Shown here: piece after piece, positions 32,385 through 38,167 of the stretch
Layout of the letters: each line of letters begins with the position of its first letter
Position numbering within the stretch: the stretch's first letter is position 1
Assembly: GCA_027295775.1 (NCBI GenBank)
Contig: JAPUKG010000192.1
Location: forward strand, 1-38,167
DNA: 38,167 nucleotides
Origin: Pseudomonadota bacterium
GTDB taxonomy: Bacteria; Myxococcota_A; UBA9160; UBA4427
Direction: 5' to 3'
Notes under the pieces: generated by a model
Databases searched by the model: none
Told to the model about the DNA's origin: nothing
The model's input: only the letters and a program-made list of their open reading frames with translations
Position numbers and translations under genes: made by a program

Positions 32385-34238
32385 ATGAGCGAACAGGACT
32401 CGGGTGGTTCGGGAACCGGACGCAAGGGCTTCGTGCGAGACGTGATGAGAAGGATTTCCCCCACGGCTCCGCGCGCAGGTGGAGAGGCCGATCCCGAACG
32501 GGGCCCCGGCGATCGCAGCTACCAGTCGGAGATCGAGGATCTCCAGGACGCGATCCGCTTCTTCGGCAGCGACTCCGGCGAGTTTCGCCGGCGTCTCGAC
32601 CGCGTACTGGCGGACTTCGAGACGCTGCGCCGGCGCTACGAAACCACTCGCGACCAGTTCCACGACGCGGAGCGCCAGAACGAGAAGCTGGTCAACATGC
32701 TGCAGGAGGCCAAGCAGCAGATCGAGCTCCTGAAAGAGGAGGTCGACAAGCTGTGTGCGCCGCCCAACAGCTACGGCGTCTTCACGCGGCCCAACAAGGA
32801 CAACACCGCCGAAATCCTCGTCGACGGGCGCCCCATGCGCGTGAACGTGCATCCGAACATCGACCCGTTCCAGCTCGAGGAGGGCCAGCTCGTGGTCCTC
32901 AACGAGGCGTTCAACGTGGTCGAGCCCGCGGGCTACACGCAGCGCGGCGAGGTGGCGACCGTGGTGGACTTCGTCTCCGAGAACCGCGTGCTCGTGCTCG
33001 GCCACACCGACGACGAGCGGGTGGTCACGCTGGCGGAGCCCCTGCGGCGAGAGAAGATCAAGGTCGGCGACCACCTGATGGTGGACCCGCGCACCCAGTT
33101 CGCCTTCGAGAAGATGCCGAAGTCGTCCGTCGAGGAGGTCGTGCTCGAAGAGGTGCCCGACGTCAGCTACGAGGACATCGGCGGTCTCGAGGACCAGATC
33201 CAGACCCTCCGCGATTCGGTGGAGCTGCCGTACCTGCATCCCGAGGTCTTCGCCGAACACCAGCTCAAGGCGCCCAAGGGCATTCTGCTCTACGGCCCGC
33301 CCGGCTGCGGCAAGACCCTGATCGCCAAGGCGGTGGCACACAGCCTGGCCAAGAGCATCGAGAAGCGGAGCGGTCGCGAGACCACGGCGTACTTCCTGAA
33401 CGTGAAGGGCCCCGAGCTCCTCAACAAGTACGTCGGCGAGACCGAGCACAAGATCCGCGAGGTGTTCAAGAAGGCCCGGGAGAAGGCCAGCGAGAACGTG
33501 CCCGTCGTCATCTTCTTCGACGAGATGGACTCGCTCTTCCGCATGCGCGGCTCCGGTATCTCGTCGGACATGGAGGCCACGGTAGTGGCGCAGTTCCTGT
33601 CGGAGATCGACGGCGTCGAGTCGCTCGAGAACGTGATCGTGATGGGTGCCAGCAACCGGCAGGACCTGATCGATCCCGCGGTACTGCGGCCCGGCCGCCT
33701 GGACCTCAAGGTCAAGGTGAACCGGCCCGACCGCAAGGCGGCTCGGGACATCTTCACCAAGTACCTGACGCCGGACCTTCCGCTCCACGAGAGCGCGATC
33801 GCCAAATTCGGAGACGACCGGACCAAGGTCTGCGAGGGCATGATCGACGCCGTCATCGAGGACATGTACTCGACCGGGGACGAGAACAAGTTCCTCGAGG
33901 TAACCTACGCCAAGGGCGAGCGAGAGATCTTCTACTTCAAGGACTTCTCGAGCGGTGCCATGATCGAGAACATCGTGGCGCGGGCCAAGCGCAAGTCGGT
34001 CAAGCGGACGATCGACTTTGACGAGCGGGGCATCAAGGTCGAAGACGTCATCGAGTCCGTGCGCGAAGAGTTCAAGGAGAACGAGGATCTTCCCAATACG
34101 ACGAATCCCGACGATTGGGCCCGAATCTCCGGCCGCAAGGGGGAGCGCATCATCAACGTGCGCACGCTGATAACGGGCTTCAACCGGAGAGAGCGCGAGA
34201 TCGAGAACATCTCGTCGGGGTCGGGGCAGTACCTGTAG
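32385..34238 (+). CDS. mpa: Proteasome-associated AAA+ ATPase Mpa/ARC
   Basis: SD GAGGAGAGG precedes the ATG at 32385. Coiled-coil N-terminus, OB region, Walker A GPPGCGKT, Walker B VIFFDEMDS, NTTNPDDWARISG, and C-terminal ...SGSGQYL (GQYL docking motif as in M. tuberculosis Mpa). Confidence 0.95.
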   Translation: MSEQDSGGSGTGRKGFVRDVMRRISPTAPRAGGEADPERGPGDRSYQSEIEDLQDAIRFFGSDSGEFRRRLDRVLADFETLRRRYETTRDQFHDAERQNEKLVNMLQEAKQQIELLKEEVDKLCAPPNSYGVFTRPNKDNTAEILVDGRPMRVNVHPNIDPFQLEEGQLVVLNEAFNVVEPAGYTQRGEVATVVDFVSENRVLVLGHTDDERVVTLAEPLRREKIKVGDHLMVDPRTQFAFEKMPKSSVEEVVLEEVPDVSYEDIGGLEDQIQTLRDSVELPYLHPEVFAEHQLKAPKGILLYGPPGCGKTLIAKAVAHSLAKSIEKRSGRETTAYFLNVKGPELLNKYVGETEHKIREVFKKAREKASENVPVVIFFDEMDSLFRMRGSGISSDMEATVVAQFLSEIDGVESLENVIVMGASNRQDLIDPAVLRPGRLDLKVKVNRPDRKAARDIFTKYLTPDLPLHESAIAKFGDDRTKVCEGMIDAVIEDMYSTGDENKFLEVTYAKGEREIFYFKDFSSGAMIENIVARAKRKSVKRTIDFDERGIKVEDVIESVREEFKENEDLPNTTNPDDWARISGRKGERIINVRTLITGFNRREREIENISSGSGQYL

Positions 34239-34273
34239 CCTAACCCGGACCGGGTCGGTCCCGCGGAGACCTG

Positions 34274-35758
34274 ATGGCGATTCCCAAGGTGATGGGCACC
34301 GAAATCGAGTTCGGGATCACGGTCAAGAATGACCCGGACTTCGATCCCATCTCGAGCTGTGTCCTGCTGGTGAACGCCTATCGCGAGGACCCCGCCGGCC
34401 GGATCCTCTGGGACTACGACCAGGAGAACCCGCTGGCGGACGCCAGGGGCTTCCAGGTAGACGGCGAGAAGTACACGCCGAACCAGCAGGAGAACATCGC
34501 CCGCAACAAGACCCTGATCAACGGCGCCCGCTACTACGTGGACCACGCCCACCCGGAGTACTCGTGCCCGGAGGTCACCAATCCGCGGGACCTGGTCGTG
34601 CACGAGAAGGCGGGCGAGCGGATCGTGGAGATCAGCCGCCGGGAGGCGAACTTGCTGCTTCCCCCCGGCGCCCAGATGCTGATCTACAAAAACAACAGCG
34701 ACCGCAAGGGCAATAGCTACGGGTGCCACGAGAACTACCTGATCGACCGGCGCACGTCCTTCAAGCAGGTGGTCGAACACCTGATGCCGTTCTTCGTGAC
34801 GCGTCAGCTCTACACGGGCGCCGGCAAGGTGGGCAGCGAAAACCGCGGCCAGCCCTGCGACTACCAACTCTCCCAGCGGGCCGATTTCTTCGAGACCGAG
34901 GTGGCGCTCGACACCATGGTCAAGCGGCCCATCATCAACACACGCGACGAGCCGCACGCGGACCGGGACAAGTACCGGCGGCTGCACGTGATCGTGGGCG
35001 ACTCGAACATGAGCGAGTACACGATCTACCTGCGCAACGGGGTGACGGCGATCGTGCTCTCGATGATCGAGGACGGCGCCATCGGTACCGACCTCGCCAT
35101 GCGGGATCCGGTCCGCGCCATCAAGGACGTATCCCACGATCCCACCTGCAAGCAGATCGTGCAGCTCGACAACGGAAAGAAGCTCACCGGGCTTCAGGTA
35201 CAACGCGAGTACCTGGAGCTGGCGCTGCGCTACACCCAGGTGCGCTCCATCGATCCCATTACCAAGGACGTGCTGGAAAAGTGGGAGCACGTGCTCGACG
35301 CCCTGGAGCGCGATCCCATGGAGCTCGCCGGCCAGGTCGACTGGGTGATCAAGAAGGCGATGATCGAGGGCTTCATGGAGCGCAAGGGACTGGACTGGCA
35401 GGCGTCCCGGGTCCAGATGCTCGATCTCCAGTACCACGACTCGCGGCCGGACAAGGGCCTCTACTACATGCTCGAGCGGCAGGGCCGCGTGGAGCGGCTC
35501 GTCACCGACGAGGAGATCACCCATGCGATCCACAACCCGCCTGAGGACACGCGCGCCTACTTCCGGGGCCAGTGCCTGAAGCGCTTCGCGGCCCAGGTGT
35601 TCGGAGTGAACTGGGATTCGATATCGTTCGGGATCGACGACGAACCGATCAAGCGCGTGATGATGTCGGAGCCGCTGAAGGGCTCGAAGGCCCACGTGGA
35701 AGAGCTGCTCGAGGCGTCCGCCACTGCCGCCGAGCTGCTAAAGAACCTGCGCGCCTGA
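34274..35758 (+). CDS. dop: Pup deamidase/depupylase Dop
   Basis: MGTEIEFGI, the Dop-specific loop before NGARYYVDHAHPEYS, GNSYGCHENYL, INTRDEPHADRDKYRRLHVIVGDSNMSE, and DTRAYFRG. Confidence 0.93.
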   Translation: MAIPKVMGTEIEFGITVKNDPDFDPISSCVLLVNAYREDPAGRILWDYDQENPLADARGFQVDGEKYTPNQQENIARNKTLINGARYYVDHAHPEYSCPEVTNPRDLVVHEKAGERIVEISRREANLLLPPGAQMLIYKNNSDRKGNSYGCHENYLIDRRTSFKQVVEHLMPFFVTRQLYTGAGKVGSENRGQPCDYQLSQRADFFETEVALDTMVKRPIINTRDEPHADRDKYRRLHVIVGDSNMSEYTIYLRNGVTAIVLSMIEDGAIGTDLAMRDPVRAIKDVSHDPTCKQIVQLDNGKKLTGLQVQREYLELALRYTQVRSIDPITKDVLEKWEHVLDALERDPMELAGQVDWVIKKAMIEGFMERKGLDWQASRVQMLDLQYHDSRPDKGLYYMLERQGRVERLVTDEEITHAIHNPPEDTRAYFRGQCLKRFAAQVFGVNWDSISFGIDDEPIKRVMMSEPLKGSKAHVEELLEASATAAELLKNLRA

Positions 35759-35786
35759 CCGCCGCGCCCCCCCCAAAGGAAGCAAC

Positions 35787-36053
35787 ATGGCACGTTTCAT
35801 TACACACCCCGTCTCCCCCAAGCCTGCCGAGCCCCTGCCGATCTACGGCGCGGCCGACACGGAGCAGAAGCAGAAGCCCCGCAAGGGCGGAGACGAGGGC
35901 GGCGACGACAAGGGTGACGGCGCCCAGAAGATGGCCAAGAAGGGCGAGGAACTGAAGGAAGAGATGGACTCGCTGGTGGACGAGATCGACGCCGTTCTCG
36001 AAGAGAACGCCGAAGAGTTCGTGAAGAACTACGTCCAGCGGGGAGGCCAGTAG
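35787..36053 (+). CDS. pup: Prokaryotic ubiquitin-like protein Pup (88 aa, N-terminally extended, GGQ C-terminus)
   Basis: AAGGAAG SD 5 nt upstream of the ATG. The C-terminal half EEMDSLVDEIDAVLEENAEEFVKNYVQRGGQ is near-identical in pattern to actinobacterial Pup. Confidence 0.9.
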   Translation: MARFITHPVSPKPAEPLPIYGAADTEQKQKPRKGGDEGGDDKGDGAQKMAKKGEELKEEMDSLVDEIDAVLEENAEEFVKNYVQRGGQ

Positions 36054-36058
36054 CAGCC

Positions 36059-36076
36059 CGTCCCGGAACCGGGACG
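36059..36076 (+). other. Intercistronic hairpin between pup and prcB
   Basis: CGTCCCG-GAAC-CGGGACG (7-bp stem). It starts 6 nt after the pup stop and ends 1 nt before the prcB GTG. Confidence 0.3.
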
Positions 36077-36077
36077 C

Positions 36078-36890
36078 GTGGAGGGGACTTTGATCTTCAA
36101 CGGGAGCTATCGAGGTTCCAGCTTCTGGGAGATGCTGCAAGTCGACGCGTCGCATCTCCTGCCGGACTTCACCGCCCTGGCGGGCGACGGGAGCGTGCAG
36201 ATTCCGCACGGCACCACCGTGCTCGCCTTCAAGTACAACGACGGCGTGCTGGTGGCCGGCGACCGGCTGGCCACCGAGGGCCACCGCGTGGCTTCGCGGG
36301 ACGTCCAGAAGGTCTTCGCAACCGATAAATACTCCCTGATGGCCATCTCTGGCGCCGCGGGGCCGTGCATCGAGATGGCGCGGATCCTCTCGGTGGAGCT
36401 CGAGCACTACGAGAAGATCGAGGGCGAGAGGCTGGAGATCGAGGGCAAGGCCAACAAGCTCTCCCAGATGATCCGCCAGAACCTGCCCGCTGCCATGCAG
36501 GGGCTGGTGGTGGTTCCGCTCTTCGCGGGCTACGACCTGCGCCGGCGCACCGGCCGCATCTGGAAGTTCGACATCACGGGCGGTCGTTACGAGGAGACCG
36601 ACTTCGAGGCCACCGGCTCCGGCGGTCTCTACGCTCACGAGTCGCTCAAGAAGACCTGGCGTTCGGATCTCTCCAAGAGCGAAGCACTGCGCGCCGCCGT
36701 GGGTGCGCTGGCAGACGCCTCGGATGAGGACCGCGCCACCGGCGGCATCGACCTCACCCGAAGGATCTTCCCGATCGTCAAGTTCTGCTCGGAGCAGGGA
36801 ATGGAGGACGGCTCCAACGAAGAGATGGAGTCCGCTTACCTCAAGATCCTGGAGCGCCGGGCCAACGGCAACGGGGGAGCCCGCGCATGA
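36078..36890 (+). CDS. prcB: 20S proteasome beta subunit PrcB (with propeptide)
   Basis: Processing site HG/TTVLAFKY, VELEHYEKIEG and GSGG. It aligns along its length with M. tuberculosis PrcB as I recall it. Confidence 0.93.
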   Translation: MEGTLIFNGSYRGSSFWEMLQVDASHLLPDFTALAGDGSVQIPHGTTVLAFKYNDGVLVAGDRLATEGHRVASRDVQKVFATDKYSLMAISGAAGPCIEMARILSVELEHYEKIEGERLEIEGKANKLSQMIRQNLPAAMQGLVVVPLFAGYDLRRRTGRIWKFDITGGRYEETDFEATGSGGLYAHESLKKTWRSDLSKSEALRAAVGALADASDEDRATGGIDLTRRIFPIVKFCSEQGMEDGSNEEMESAYLKILERRANGNGGARA

Positions 36891-37585
36891 GCATGCCCTT
36901 CTACGTCTCTCCCGAGCAGGTGATGGCCGACAAGGCCGAGTACGCCCGCAAGGGGATCGCGCGCGGCAAGTCGATCGTGGCGCTCGAGTACGAGGGCGGC
37001 ATTCTCTTGATCGCGGAGAACGCGACGAGTCTCCAGAAGCTCGGCGAGATCTACGACCGCATCGCCTTCGCCGGGGTCGGCAAGTTCAGCGAGTTCGATC
37101 AGCTGCGGAAGCTCGGCGTGCGCTATGCGGACACCAAGGGCTACGCCTACAGCCGCGAGGACGTGCGCGGCAAGGGGCTCGCCAACGCCTACTCCCAGGC
37201 GGTGGGCGACGTCTTCACCCGCGAGATCAAGCCGCTCGAGGTGGAGGTGATCGTCGTCGAAGTGGGAGACGACCAGTTCCCGGGACACGAGAAGCACTCC
37301 ATCTACCGGGTCAAGTTCGACGGATTCATCAGCGATCACAGCGGCTTCTGCGTGATCGGCGGCAACGTGGACGACGTGCAGGGAGTGCTCGAGAACGAGT
37401 ACCGAAAGGACATGCCCCTGGGGGAGTCCATCCTCCTGGGTCGCAAGTCCCTCGATCAAGGCACCGACGGCAGCGCCTCACTCACGTCGGAGAGCCTCGA
37501 GGTGTGCTTGCTCGACCGAACGCGTCAAGGCCGCAAGTTCACGCGACTTTCGGCCGATGAAGTACAGGGTATGTTAGACGCGTAG
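36887..37585 (+). CDS. prcA: 20S proteasome alpha subunit PrcA
   Basis: MSMPFYVSPEQVMADKAEYARKGIARGKS. ATGA overlap with prcB. Confidence 0.93.
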   Translation: MSMPFYVSPEQVMADKAEYARKGIARGKSIVALEYEGGILLIAENATSLQKLGEIYDRIAFAGVGKFSEFDQLRKLGVRYADTKGYAYSREDVRGKGLANAYSQAVGDVFTREIKPLEVEVIVVEVGDDQFPGHEKHSIYRVKFDGFISDHSGFCVIGGNVDDVQGVLENEYRKDMPLGESILLGRKSLDQGTDGSASLTSESLEVCLLDRTRQGRKFTRLSADEVQGMLDA

Positions 37586-37625
37586 GGTGGCGGCACGTTT
37601 GCCGCTCCAAGCGCCGGGCGGCAGC

Positions 37626-38167
37626 GTGCAGAAACGAATCTACGGGCTCGAGACCGAATACGGGATCATCTTCACTCCCGAGGGTCGCAAGACCCTGCCC
37701 GTCGAAAAGGCGATCCGCTTCCTCTTCGAGAAGCTCATCACCACCGAGCACTTCCTGAACGTGTTCCTGGAGAATGGCGCGCGCTTCTACCAGGACACGG
37801 GCTGCCACCCGGAATACGCCACGCCCGAGTGCGCGTCGCCGCGCCAGCTCATCATCTACGACAAGGCCGGCGAGCGGATCCTGGAGGATCTCCAGAACTA
37901 CGCGGAGGAGAAGATCCGCGAGGAGCGAATCCCCGGGAAGCTCTCCATCTTCAAGAACAACACGGACTTCGTCGGCAACTCCTACGGGTGCCACGAGAAC
38001 TACCTCCTGGACCGGGACGTCGACGTCCACTCCCTGGCCGAGCAGCTGATTCCGTTCCTGGTGACCCGCCAGATCTACACGGGGGCGGGCAAGGTCTTCC
38101 AGACCCAGGACGGCGTGCACTACTGCGTCAGCCAGCGCGCCCAGCACATCTACCAGAAGATCTCGGG
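37626..38167 (+). CDS. pafA: Pup-protein ligase PafA (5' part; continues beyond window)
   Basis: GTG at 37626 gives VQKRIYGLETEYGI. FLENGARFYQDTGCHPEYATPEC lacks the Dop loop. GNSYGCHENYL is present. It is open to the window end and therefore absent from the ORF track. An alternative GTG lies at 37587. Confidence 0.9.
   Translation, partial: MQKRIYGLETEYGIIFTPEGRKTLPVEKAIRFLFEKLITTEHFLNVFLENGARFYQDTGCHPEYATPECASPRQLIIYDKAGERILEDLQNYAEEKIREERIPGKLSIFKNNTDFVGNSYGCHENYLLDRDVDVHSLAEQLIPFLVTRQIYTGAGKVFQTQDGVHYCVSQRAQHIYQKIS

Noticed and set aside
32128-32388. 86-codon upstream ORF whose stop overlaps the mpa ATG
   Set aside because: It has no SD, noticeably lower third-position GC than neighbouring genes, and an unconvincing sequence. 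I kept it only as a note inside the leader finding.
32346-35695. 480-aa and 587-aa minus-strand ORFs antisense to mpa and dop
   Set aside because: They are antisense shadows with low-complexity composition. The plus-strand genes align end to end with known Mpa and Dop.

Overview
High-GC bacterial chromosomal fragment (GC judged by eye, not computed). Everything here comes from reading the sequence and the ORF track by hand, with no database search. I call about 35 protein-coding genes, one tRNA, one decayed IS fragment and several small regulatory or structural elements. Because of the GC content every region carries long Arg/Pro/Gly-rich off-frame or antisense ORFs. I picked the frame with recognisable motifs and rejected the rest. 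Layout from left to right. (1) 1-8727 is a cell-envelope modification cluster built around a tRNA-Leu. It holds two GT-C-like polytopic membrane proteins (one apparently frameshifted), an SGNH/DltD-like protein with an MBOAT acyltransferase, and two convergent sulfatase-fold lipoproteins that have Thr at the nucleophile position. Beside the tRNA is a rearrangement scar: a duplicated, internally deleted 5' fragment of the SGNH gene fused to a decayed IS66-type transposase remnant. (2) 8767-12161 is a TetR, luciferase-like monooxygenase and FAD oxidoreductase operon on the minus strand. (3) 12.3-31.7 kb is mostly housekeeping: holin-like DUF360 protein, IMPase, ETF-QO, MFS, TetR, lgt, PAS histidine kinase, alpha/beta hydrolase-moaC-ECF sigma-anti-sigma chain, RadC, PilZ, ssb, plsC, ftsK, lolA. 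(4) 32385 to the window end is a complete, compact Pup-proteasome operon (mpa-dop-pup-prcB-prcA-pafA, with pafA truncated by the edge). It follows about 720 bp of lower-GC non-coding DNA carrying a near-consensus promoter. The most notable point is this Pup-proteasome locus sitting in what looks like a diderm, deltaproteobacteria/Myxococcota-like context, with an N-terminally extended Pup. I did not find a convincing wholly novel system. Start codons, family names and all RNA or regulatory calls need computational confirmation.
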